Below, one piece after another: positions 7,900 through 15,460 of a stretch of DNA of 28,192 nucleotides. The DNA is from Candidatus Omnitrophota bacterium. GTDB lineage: Bacteria; Omnitrophota; Gorgyraeia; Gygaellales; Profunditerraquicolaceae. The stretch spans positions 1 through 28,192 of the forward strand of contig JAQTMD010000001.1 in the NCBI GenBank assembly GCA_028714595.1, given 5' to 3'. Below the pieces are notes generated by a model that did not search any database, had not been told where the DNA came from, and saw only the letters and a program-made list of their open reading frames with translations. Numbering within the stretch: position 1 is the stretch's first letter; each line of letters starts with the position of its first letter. The translations under genes were made by a program, and so were the position numbers.

Positions 7900-8136
7900 T
7901 TATTCCTGGATCCTGGTTTCATCGAAGGGCTTGAGTTCGAATTCGCCTTTCTTGTTCTTGACCAGGACATCGATCTTCTTTTTCGCGCTCTCAAGCCGGG
8001 ATGCACAGACGCGCGAAAGCTCTATTCCCTCCTGGTATTTTTTCAAGGCCTCATCCAGCGACAGGTCGCCGCTTTCCAGCTCATCGACTATCTTTTCCAG
8101 TTTTTTCAATGCCTCTTCGAACTTAACTTCTGCCAT
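7900..8136 (-). CDS. xseB: Exodeoxyribonuclease VII small subunit
   Basis: FEEALKKLEKIVDELESGDLSLDEALKKYQEG; adjacent to xseA. Confidence 0.96.
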   Translation of the reverse strand: MAEVKFEEALKKLEKIVDELESGDLSLDEALKKYQEGIELSRVCASRLESAKKKIDVLVKNKKGEFELKPFDETRIQE

Positions 8137-9481
8137 TGTCTCTGACCTCCGTTACGCTACTGATGATTTCTCCTTTATGCAGCCGTGTGCGCAACAATTC
8201 GCCTGCCTTGACGGCCGCAGCGTCCTTGAGGATCGTACCGTCGGACGAGCGGAACGTAACGCTGTAACCGCGCGCCAGGATGTTCAAGGGGTTAAGGCTC
8301 GCCAATTTCTCAACCGTCCCTCGCAGCTGTGAATCTTTAAGGCTGACCAGATGGTTCATGCGCACATAGATCTGGCGCGCCCTGTCCGTGATCCTGGCGG
8401 CGTATTCGGGTATGACCGCTGCCGGGTTCAGGAGCTCAAGTTTCTTTACCGAGGCGCTCAAGCGGCCGGCATCCAGCTCCCAGCCATGCACGATGCTGGT
8501 ACGAAGCCTGTGTACCAAGTCCTGGAGATCGTTTGCCTGCGCCCGGACGATGTCGGAAAAATCCTGACCGAGTCGCGCGCAGAGGTCCCGGATCTTTTCC
8601 CGCAGGTCTTCTTTGCGGGGTATGACCAGTTCTGCGGCCACCGACGGCGTAGCCGCACGCACGTCGGCGACAAGGTCGGCGATGGTCACATCGCGTTCAT
8701 GGCCGACCGCTGAGACCACGGGGATGCGCGAATCATAGATCGCGCGCGCAACGATCTCCTCGTTGAAGGCCCAGAGGTCCTCGATGCTGCCGCCGCCCCT
8801 TCCCACGATGAGGACCTCGACGCGGTCTGACGGGCCGACCCCCTCGTTGAACCGGTTAAAATCATTAATCGCCGATGCTATGTCTTCACGCGCGCCATCG
8901 CCCTGCACGCGGACCGGACTGACGATGATATGCGTATCGCGGAACCTGCGGTCCAGGACCTTGAGGATGTCTTTTATGGCCGCTCCCGTCGCCGAGGTCA
9001 CCACCCCGATCCGCGCCGGCAGATACGGGATCGGCCGTTTATGTTCGGGGGCGAACAGCCCCTGCTTTTCCAGTTTCTTTTTGAGCTGCTCGAGGGCAAG
9101 CTGCAGGCTGCCGATGCCTTTGGGTTCGATCTTTTCTACGATAAGGCTGTATTTGCCGTGCGGGGGATAGACATTCAGGCTGCCGAAACAAATGACCTTC
9201 AGGCCGTTTTCGATCTTGAACTTGACATCCCTCGTAGCCCGGTTGAAGATGGCAGCGGAAAGTATTGCCTCCTGACCGTCGAGGCGGTCTTTCAGGGAAA
9301 AATACCAGTGACCTGCGCCCGACGTATTGAAATTCGAGACCTCTCCCTCGACCCAGACATTGGCAAACCCCGCCTCAAGGATCTCCTTGATCCCTGCCGT
9401 GATCTCGGTGACGGTATAGACATGGCGGCCTGCGGCGGGTCCGCCGGCGGATGCAAACAGGTCCGGTGTGCGTTCTGGCAT
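8123..9481 (-). CDS. xseA: Exodeoxyribonuclease VII large subunit
   Basis: VWVEGEVSNF...GHWYFSLKD, RIGVVTSATGAAIKD, VGRGGGSIEDLWAFN, SAVGHERD, AATPS, NPLNILARGYS. ATG 9481 preferred over TTG 9505, which overlaps the upstream gene. Confidence 0.96.
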   Translation of the reverse strand: MPERTPDLFASAGGPAAGRHVYTVTEITAGIKEILEAGFANVWVEGEVSNFNTSGAGHWYFSLKDRLDGQEAILSAAIFNRATRDVKFKIENGLKVICFGSLNVYPPHGKYSLIVEKIEPKGIGSLQLALEQLKKKLEKQGLFAPEHKRPIPYLPARIGVVTSATGAAIKDILKVLDRRFRDTHIIVSPVRVQGDGAREDIASAINDFNRFNEGVGPSDRVEVLIVGRGGGSIEDLWAFNEEIVARAIYDSRIPVVSAVGHERDVTIADLVADVRAATPSVAAELVIPRKEDLREKIRDLCARLGQDFSDIVRAQANDLQDLVHRLRTSIVHGWELDAGRLSASVKKLELLNPAAVIPEYAARITDRARQIYVRMNHLVSLKDSQLRGTVEKLASLNPLNILARGYSVTFRSSDGTILKDAAAVKAGELLRTRLHKGEIISSVTEVRDNGRS

Positions 9482-9494
9482 AGCAGGGTGTGCG

Positions 9495-11378
9495 TTATTG
9501 CGCAACAGCGGTGGAATTCGTCTCCGGCAACGGTTTCTCCGGCGCAGTTACAGCGGTATTTGCCGGCGCCTCGGTCCCGGCGCCGGGCGGAACCTGCGGC
9601 GCAGGCTCTTCCTGGCCGGGGGTCTCCCGCAGCTGCTGCTGCGGCTGCGGGGGCTTCGGCTTCAAGAGGATGAGATGCACCGAATACGGTTCGAGTGCCA
9701 GTTTTTCGGAATAAAGACTGTCGGTCGGGGTGACGACTTTTTCTTCCCGGGGATAAAATTCGCAGTTGGTGCCGCAGGAGGGATCGATGGTATAGCGGGT
9801 ATAGGTGTAATCCTGTTTTATGTTTTTTATTCCGAGTTTCAGCTGCCGCGGCGTCTGGGTAAAGCGCCGTGCGTTCTCGTGAAGCTCGAGCGCTTTTTTG
9901 AGCAGCCCTTTGACTTTTCCGGAAGCGCGAAGGCCGGCGATGTCGGACTCCCTGTTCTTGATCTTTTCAAAACCGCCTGACCGCGCCAGGGCAAGCAGTC
10001 CTTTGCGTTCTTTGTCGCCGAGGGTGGCGATCAAGCGCGAGATCGCACTCCTGAAGATATCCGGGTCGATGTAATTATAGATGAGCACTGCCACCGCGGC
10101 ATCCTGCCCCGCGGGTTCCTGCGGCGCGGCGGGCTGTCGCGTGGCGATCACGCCGACGAACTCATCGTTCACCTTTGAGGGCGAAATATAGAGGTTGCCG
10201 GACAGCATCTTGAGCATCTGAAAGAGGTTGTACACCGCCTTGATTCCCCCGGTGTAGCCGGTCTCTGCCTGCTGGTACCAGAAGGCGCCGACGTTGCGCT
10301 GCACGCCTTCGCGGTTGTCCTGGAAGTCTTCGAGACAGAAGAAGACCTGGCTGTTCAGGTCGGCCTCGTACATGTGCCGCAGCCGCGCGGGGAGGAAGCT
10401 GGCGGCCACGTACGACTTTTCCTTGCGCTCGGGGATGATGTTGGTGCCGCTGTCAAAATTCCATTCGTCGATGACAAGCGGCGTGTCTTTTGAGAAATTG
10501 AAGTATGAGAGCCAGTCCCGGATCAGGGCAATCGACGTCTTATTGTATCTGGTCATCTCTTTTTCGGCCTTCGGGTCGGTCGAGTAGGCGTGCCAGCTGA
10601 CAAAATCCAGGGGCAGGCGGTAGCGGTAGCAGAATTTGACCAGTTCGTAGATCAGGCTGCGCTCAGGTGAAGCGGCGGTGTTGCCGTCGATGTTCCTGAA
10701 CCACCACGTGGTGGCGGGGCCGCCGACAGGGATGTGGATTTTGGTCTCGGCTTCCAGCTCCCGGGCGCTTTCGGCAACCGCGCGATAGAGCTGCAGATAC
10801 TCCTGCTGCCTGCCCAGAAAGAACACATCGAGGTCCGGCGCGGTCCAGACCTCATACCAGATGTTGTATTTTTTCACGCAGCTGAGCTCCCGCATGTAAC
10901 TCTTGACCAGCGCCTTAAACGTCCTCATGTCGACGGGAGAGCTCTTCTTGTCCAGGACTTTACCCTGGCCCTGCGGGGTGCTGAAGATGTCCAGGATGAC
11001 CAGTCCCCCGCCGTCGTGTATCTTCCTGATCACGGCCTCGTAGTTCGCCAGCATCTTTTCCTGGAGCTGCCGGTTGGTATTGAGCGAGCTTATCTCCCAC
11101 AGGTTATACTGGATGCGGTAGGCGCCGCGAAAACCGATGTCCTTCTGCCAGCGGTTGACGACCTCGGACGCTGCCAGCGTCTGGGGCCAGGTCAGGTCTC
11201 CGTAAAAGCCGCGGCCGCTCAGGTCGATGTTGGGAGAGAATATCCTGGGCAGCGGGATGGTAGAAGAAGAGACATCCAGCGTGAACTCCATGTCGACATC
11301 TTGGGCGTCGCACCGGCAATAGATGCAACAGGCAGCGACCAGGACAACGATACCGACGATGCTGTTTCGAAAGCTCAT
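9495..11378 (-). CDS. Exported GH39-like (clan GH-A) TIM-barrel protein lacking the NEP acid/base motif; Pro/Ala/Thr-rich tail
   Basis: Signal peptide; WYEVWTAPD (expected WNEPD), VGGPA, LPLDFVSWHAY, PLVIDEWN, GIKAVYNLFQML, LEPYSVHLILL. These match the layout of GH39 beta-xylosidase/PslG-type proteins by eye. Confidence 0.75.
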   Translation of the reverse strand: MSFRNSIVGIVVLVAACCIYCRCDAQDVDMEFTLDVSSSTIPLPRIFSPNIDLSGRGFYGDLTWPQTLAASEVVNRWQKDIGFRGAYRIQYNLWEISSLNTNRQLQEKMLANYEAVIRKIHDGGGLVILDIFSTPQGQGKVLDKKSSPVDMRTFKALVKSYMRELSCVKKYNIWYEVWTAPDLDVFFLGRQQEYLQLYRAVAESARELEAETKIHIPVGGPATTWWFRNIDGNTAASPERSLIYELVKFCYRYRLPLDFVSWHAYSTDPKAEKEMTRYNKTSIALIRDWLSYFNFSKDTPLVIDEWNFDSGTNIIPERKEKSYVAASFLPARLRHMYEADLNSQVFFCLEDFQDNREGVQRNVGAFWYQQAETGYTGGIKAVYNLFQMLKMLSGNLYISPSKVNDEFVGVIATRQPAAPQEPAGQDAAVAVLIYNYIDPDIFRSAISRLIATLGDKERKGLLALARSGGFEKIKNRESDIAGLRASGKVKGLLKKALELHENARRFTQTPRQLKLGIKNIKQDYTYTRYTIDPSCGTNCEFYPREEKVVTPTDSLYSEKLALEPYSVHLILLKPKPPQPQQQLRETPGQEEPAPQVPPGAGTEAPANTAVTAPEKPLPETNSTAVAQ

Positions 11379-12163
11379 GGCGATTCGAGTTTTTTCTGGA
11401 TCCGGCGGATGGCAGTCGCCCTGCCGGTCTTTTCGTCGATGGTTACCACGCAGCCGCAGAGCTGCACATTGCCTTCAGCCACTTCAAAGCGCACGGGTAC
11501 GCAGGATAAAAAGCGCTCCAATACGTCTTCGACCCTGCGGCCGATCACTGAATCATAGGGGCCGGTCATGCCGACATCGGTGATATACGCCGTGCCGTCG
11601 GGCAGGATCCGCTCGTCTGCGGTCTGGATGTGCGTGTGGGTACCCATGACCGCGCTCGCCCTTCCCTGGAGATACCAGCCTAAGGCTACCTTTTCCGAGG
11701 TCGCTTCGGCGTGGATATCCACCAGGATCACCTTGGTCTCTTTGGAGAGCTGTTCCACGCAGGCCATCGTTGTCTTGAAAGGGCACTCCAGCGGATCCAG
11801 GAAGACCCTGCCCAGCACGCAAATCACGCCGACCTTTACCCCTCCGGGCGCCGTGAACACGGCACTCCCCATCCCCGGTGCGCCGCCGGGGAAATTAGCC
11901 GGGCGCAGGATGCGCGGCTCGGCGCTGATGAACTCAAAGATCTCTTTTTTCTTCCAGATGTGGTCGCCGGAAGTAATCACGTCGACCGATGCATCGAAGA
12001 GCTCCTGCGCCACCCGCTGGGTGATTCCTGAGCCGCCCGCAGCGTTCTCGGCGTTGGCGACCACAAAATCAAGGTCGTATTCCCTGCGCAACCCCCCCAG
12101 CAGGACCTTGACCGCATCCCTCCCCGGTTTTCCGACGATGTCCCCGATAAACAGTATATTCAT
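11375..12163 (-). CDS. ymdB: YmdB family metallophosphoesterase (TIGR00282)
   Basis: ILFIGDIVGKPGR, NAENAAGG, SGDHIW, LRPANF, DIHAEATSEK, GTHTHIQTADERIL, TDVGMTGP; directly downstream of rny. Confidence 0.96.
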   Translation of the reverse strand: MNILFIGDIVGKPGRDAVKVLLGGLRREYDLDFVVANAENAAGGSGITQRVAQELFDASVDVITSGDHIWKKKEIFEFISAEPRILRPANFPGGAPGMGSAVFTAPGGVKVGVICVLGRVFLDPLECPFKTTMACVEQLSKETKVILVDIHAEATSEKVALGWYLQGRASAVMGTHTHIQTADERILPDGTAYITDVGMTGPYDSVIGRRVEDVLERFLSCVPVRFEVAEGNVQLCGCVVTIDEKTGRATAIRRIQKKLESP

Positions 12164-12193
12164 ACTCTCCTTCGCGCACCTGCGGATACCGAC

Positions 12194-13747
12194 CTATTTG
12201 GCGTATTCTATGGCGCGCGTCTCCCGGATGACCGTGACCTTGATCTGGCCGGGATATTCCATGCCCTCTTCGATCTTCTTGCGGATGTCCCGCGCCATGG
12301 TCACCGCATCGCCGTCGTTAATCTTTTCGGGCTGCACGATGACGCGAATCTCCCTGCCTGCCTGTATGGCATAGGATTTATCCACTCCCTTGAAAACGTT
12401 GGCGATCGACTCCAGCTTCTCCAGGCGTTTGATATAGGTCTCCAGGGTCTCTCTACGTGCGCCGGGCCGGGCCGCGCTGATCGCGTCGGCGGCGACTGCC
12501 AGGACCGCGTAAAAGCTCTTTGCCTCGGTCTCCTCGTGATGCGCCTCAACGGCGTGGATGATCTCGGCTGATTCGTTGAACTTCTTGAGGATGTCCGCGC
12601 CGATCTTGGCGTGGGTACCCTCGATCTGATGGTCCAGCGCCTTTCCGATGTCGTGCAGGAGGCCGGCGCGCTTGGCAATCTTGAAATCAAGGCCCAGCTC
12701 CGACGCCATCACGCCGACCAGGTATGAGACCTCTTTCGAGTGCTGCAGGGCGTTCTGGCCGAAACTGGTCCGGTACTTCAGGCGGCCCAGGAGCTTGATC
12801 AGTTCCGGATGAAGGCTGTCCACGCCCGCGTCAAACGCCGCGCGCTCGCCTTCTTCCTTGATCTTCTCCTCCATCTCCTTCTTGGTCTTTTCCACCAATT
12901 CTTCGATGCGGCCGGGGTGAATCCTGCCGTCGGAAATAAGCTTCTCGAGGCTCAGGCGGGCCACCTCGCGCCGGACCGGGTCAAAGCAGGAAAGCGTGAC
13001 CGCCTCGGGCGTATCGTCGATGATGACGTCGACGCCCGTGGCCATCTCAAGGGCGCGGATGTTGCGCCCCTCGCGGCCGATGACCCTGCCCTTCATCTCG
13101 TCGCTGGGCAGCGTCACCACGCTGACCGTGGACTCGACGGTGTGCTCAACGGCGCAGCGCTGGATCGCCAGGCTGATGACCTCAGCCGCTTTTTTCTCCG
13201 CGTTAGAGCGCAAATCCTCCTCCTGCCGCTTGATCAACACCGCCTTCTCGCTGTTGAGCTCTTCGTTCAGGCGGTTGAGGAGGATATGACGCGCCTCTTC
13301 CAGGGAAAGGGACGCTATTTTCTGCAGCCGTTCTTTTTCCTCGACGATCAAGGCATGCAACTGATTTTCCTTTCCCTTCAGGGCCTCTTCCTGTTTCCGG
13401 ACCGTTTCAAGCTTGGCCTCAGAGTCTTTCTCTTTCTTCTCCAGCAGGTCAAGGCGGCGGTCGATGTTCTCCTCTTTCTGCGCCAGCCGCTTTTCCATGT
13501 TGAATATCTCCTGCCGGCGGTCCTTGGTCTGCTGCTCGAAATCCTGGCGCAGCTTGTACAACATGTCCTTTGATTCCAGTTCCCCTGCGCGCTTCCTGTC
13601 TTCCGCTTCCTTTTTCGCCTGATCAATGATAAACTTTGCCCTTGCCTCTGCATCCTGGGTTTTCTTCTCGGCGATATATTTACGCATGAAATATCCCAGC
13701 CCCAGGGAAACAAAGGTCAGGACAATAAACACAATAACGGTCATCAT
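12194..13747 (-). CDS. rny: Ribonuclease Y
   Basis: N-terminal TM helix, coiled coil, KH domain (EMKGRVIGREGRNIRA), HD domain (GLLHDIGKA), C-terminal YPGQIKVTVIRETRA; strong SD GGAGGAGGT. Confidence 0.98.
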   Translation of the reverse strand: MMTVIVFIVLTFVSLGLGYFMRKYIAEKKTQDAEARAKFIIDQAKKEAEDRKRAGELESKDMLYKLRQDFEQQTKDRRQEIFNMEKRLAQKEENIDRRLDLLEKKEKDSEAKLETVRKQEEALKGKENQLHALIVEEKERLQKIASLSLEEARHILLNRLNEELNSEKAVLIKRQEEDLRSNAEKKAAEVISLAIQRCAVEHTVESTVSVVTLPSDEMKGRVIGREGRNIRALEMATGVDVIIDDTPEAVTLSCFDPVRREVARLSLEKLISDGRIHPGRIEELVEKTKKEMEEKIKEEGERAAFDAGVDSLHPELIKLLGRLKYRTSFGQNALQHSKEVSYLVGVMASELGLDFKIAKRAGLLHDIGKALDHQIEGTHAKIGADILKKFNESAEIIHAVEAHHEETEAKSFYAVLAVAADAISAARPGARRETLETYIKRLEKLESIANVFKGVDKSYAIQAGREIRVIVQPEKINDGDAVTMARDIRKKIEEGMEYPGQIKVTVIRETRAIEYAK

Positions 13748-13778
13748 GGCTTCGTTACCTCCTCCCTACGACGGTGAT

Positions 13779-13849
13779 CATGGACAGGGGCGCCGCTCTC
13801 GAAAGGCGCGTGGAAAGCTGCGCGCCAGGCGCGGCACCTGTTGCTCATG
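13779..13849 (-). other. Structured RNA element in the ygfA-rny spacer (putative rny leader)
   Basis: Nested complementary pairs: CATG/CATG (13779-82/13846-49), ACAGG/CCTGT (13784-88/13837-41), GCCGC/GCGGC (13792-96/13831-35), GGCGCG/CGCGCC (13805-10/13821-26). Confidence 0.45.
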
Positions 13850-13877
13850 GTGCGTGTGAGATTATGCTGGCTGCTTT

Positions 13878-14417
13878 TTACGCAAAGAGTATGGCGTGGA
13901 CGTCTACGTCGTGTTCAGTGGTGGGGACGGTGGGTAAGACCTGGAAATCGTATGCCAACCCGATAGAGACGATGTCCGGGGGGACCTTCTGCAAGAAACG
14001 GTCATAGTAGCCTTTGCCTCTGCCTAAACGCCTTCCCTTCGCATCAAACGCGAGGCCAGGCACAATGATCAGGTCAAGGCTCCTTACGCTTAAGGCCTTC
14101 TTTTCTGCAGGCTCGCGTATCCCGTAAGGGCCCCGCAACAAGGCTCCCCTGTCTTTCAACAGGCAGGGTCGCATCATTCGATTCTTGTCACATACCGGTA
14201 CCACGACGGTCTTACCCAATTCCTGAGCTTCCTTAATCATATCAATCGTCTCGACTTCTCCACCAAACGACATATAGAACATCACGGTCTTTGCGTTCTT
14301 GAACATCCGGCTTCTGAAAAGCTTGTGCTTTATCTTTCTGCTTTTCGTTATCCGATTATCCTCCTTCTGAGTTTTAAGCTTATATAAGATTTTAGTACGA
14401 ATTCTCTTCTTTGTCAA
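13878..14417 (-). CDS. ygfA: 5-formyltetrahydrofolate cyclo-ligase
   Basis: KKRIR, FYMSFGGEVET, GPYGIREP, DLIIVPGLAFD..GRRLGRGKGYYDRFL, HDVDV. Probable TTG start at 14417 with AAGGA upstream; ATG 14456 or 14444 are alternatives. Confidence 0.93.
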   Translation of the reverse strand: MTKKRIRTKILYKLKTQKEDNRITKSRKIKHKLFRSRMFKNAKTVMFYMSFGGEVETIDMIKEAQELGKTVVVPVCDKNRMMRPCLLKDRGALLRGPYGIREPAEKKALSVRSLDLIIVPGLAFDAKGRRLGRGKGYYDRFLQKVPPDIVSIGLAYDFQVLPTVPTTEHDVDVHAILFA

Positions 14418-14461
14418 CGGTATGTCCTTCGGGTTCGTACGCATGGCCTTCGGCAACGCGT

Positions 14462-15118
14462 CTATTTCTGAGCAGCCGCCAGACGGTGCGGTTTGAGCGC
14501 TTTTTTGTGGTCGCGCGGAGGCTGATTGATGCGAAAACTCTCCAACTTGTTATTCTTTTCCAGCTCCCGCCAGATCAGCACCCAGGCGCAATCCCGTTCC
14601 TTGTCCAGCTCGCATTTGCCCTTATCCATGCCGCCGCAGGGGCCGTTCAGGATCCCCTTGGGGCAGAGGGTCACCGGGCAGATACCGCCGGTCTTGGCCA
14701 GGATGCATTCGCCGCAGAGCGAGCATTTTTCCAGGAAATTGCCCTGGCCGTCCATACAAGCGCCGAAAACAGTGTTGTTTGCCGGAAGCACAGCCAGGCC
14801 GAACCGGTCATTGTCTTTGACCGATTGTACGCCGAGCCCGCAGGCCAATACCAGGATCGCTTCAGCCTCACGGACTGCCTTCATGTTCTTGGCAAGTTCG
14901 GTCTTCAGTTTCGCGGCTGCGCACGTCGATTCAGGGATGCAAAAACCCGGCACGGCCTTTCCCTGCGCCTCCAGTTTCTCTTTCATGGCAAGGAGCTCGC
15001 CCTCGCCTCCGGATTTGCACAGCGTGGCGCAGTCTCCGCAGCCGACAAGGAAAATCCTGGTGAAGCCCTGTACGCTATCCAACACTTCCTGAAAAGGTTT
15101 TGCTTCTGAAATAATCAT
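14462..15118 (-). CDS. metV: MetV-like methylene-THF reductase accessory subunit (MTHFR C-terminal Cys-rich domain)
   Basis: GCGDCATLC N-terminal motif and C-terminal CSLCGECILAKTGGICPVTLCPKGILNGPCGG...KCE...RDCAW. Confidence 0.85.
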   Translation of the reverse strand: MIISEAKPFQEVLDSVQGFTRIFLVGCGDCATLCKSGGEGELLAMKEKLEAQGKAVPGFCIPESTCAAAKLKTELAKNMKAVREAEAILVLACGLGVQSVKDNDRFGLAVLPANNTVFGACMDGQGNFLEKCSLCGECILAKTGGICPVTLCPKGILNGPCGGMDKGKCELDKERDCAWVLIWRELEKNNKLESFRINQPPRDHKKALKPHRLAAAQK

Positions 15119-15142
15119 AGGGGTCTTTCGGAAATTTCAACT

Positions 15143-15171
15143 ATTGTAACATGATTTCGGGGGTGCGACAA
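15143..15171 (-). promoter_or_regulatory. Sigma-70-type promoter for metV-ygfA-rny
   Basis: TTGTCG (15171-15166), 17-nt spacer, TACAAT (15148-15143) with extended TGn; lies just downstream of two terminator-like hairpins. Confidence 0.65.
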
Positions 15172-15175
15172 GCGC

Positions 15176-15243
15176 AAAATGGGGGCTCTCCCCCGAAAAC
15201 ACGCAGCCCCGATTTCCGGTACGTGACGTGAAATCGGGGCTGC
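15176..15243 (-). terminator. Tandem hairpins terminating the 6S RNA
   Basis: Perfect 14-bp stem GCAGCCCCGATTTC/GAAATCGGGGCTGC (15203-16/15230-43) followed by GTGTTTT, then GGGGG-AGAG-CCCCC (15181-94) followed by ATTTT. Confidence 0.7.
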
Positions 15244-15246
15244 AAG

Positions 15247-15422
15247 ATATATCCCCGCGTGTGCCGTTGGCGTTCTTAATGGCTGAACCAGTTGATTCAG
15301 GGGGAAGTCTCTCGTGGCCGCCAAAGCGGTCACGAAGCTTGACTCCCTAATTGATGGTGTTGGTTCACCAATTATCAAGAACGTCTGACGAGCACGGCAG
15401 GGATTGATTTTCTCTTTCGTTC
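15247..15422 (-). ncRNA. ssrS: 6S RNA (ends approximate)
   Basis: Long rod with a central bubble: ATCCC/GGGAT, TGCCGT/ACGGCA, CGTTCTT/AAGAACG, TGAACCA/TGGTTCA flanking an ACACCATCAATTA / CCTGAATCAAC bubble, and a terminal arm GGGAGTC..CCGC-TTTG-GCGG..GACTTCCC. Has its own promoter and terminator and sits at the usual pheT...ygfA position. Confidence 0.82.
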
Positions 15423-15428
15423 AAGCGC

Positions 15429-15457
15429 AGTATATCACGCCCGATAAATTCAGTCAA
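15429..15457 (-). promoter_or_regulatory. Strong sigma-70-type promoter of the 6S RNA
   Basis: TTGACT (15457-15452), 17-nt spacer, TATACT (15434-15429) with extended TGn, immediately after the pheT stop. Confidence 0.8.
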
Positions 15458-15460
15458 GGT

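Noticed and set aside
13784-13826. GAAAG...AAAGC on the plus strand resembling a c-di-GMP-I (GEMM) riboswitch
   Set aside because: The GCAAA and GACGC core motifs are missing and the orientation is antisense to rny.
15115-15378. 87-aa minus-strand ORF in the pheT-metV gap
   Set aside because: Overlaps the 6S RNA, terminators and promoter, and has no protein-like features.
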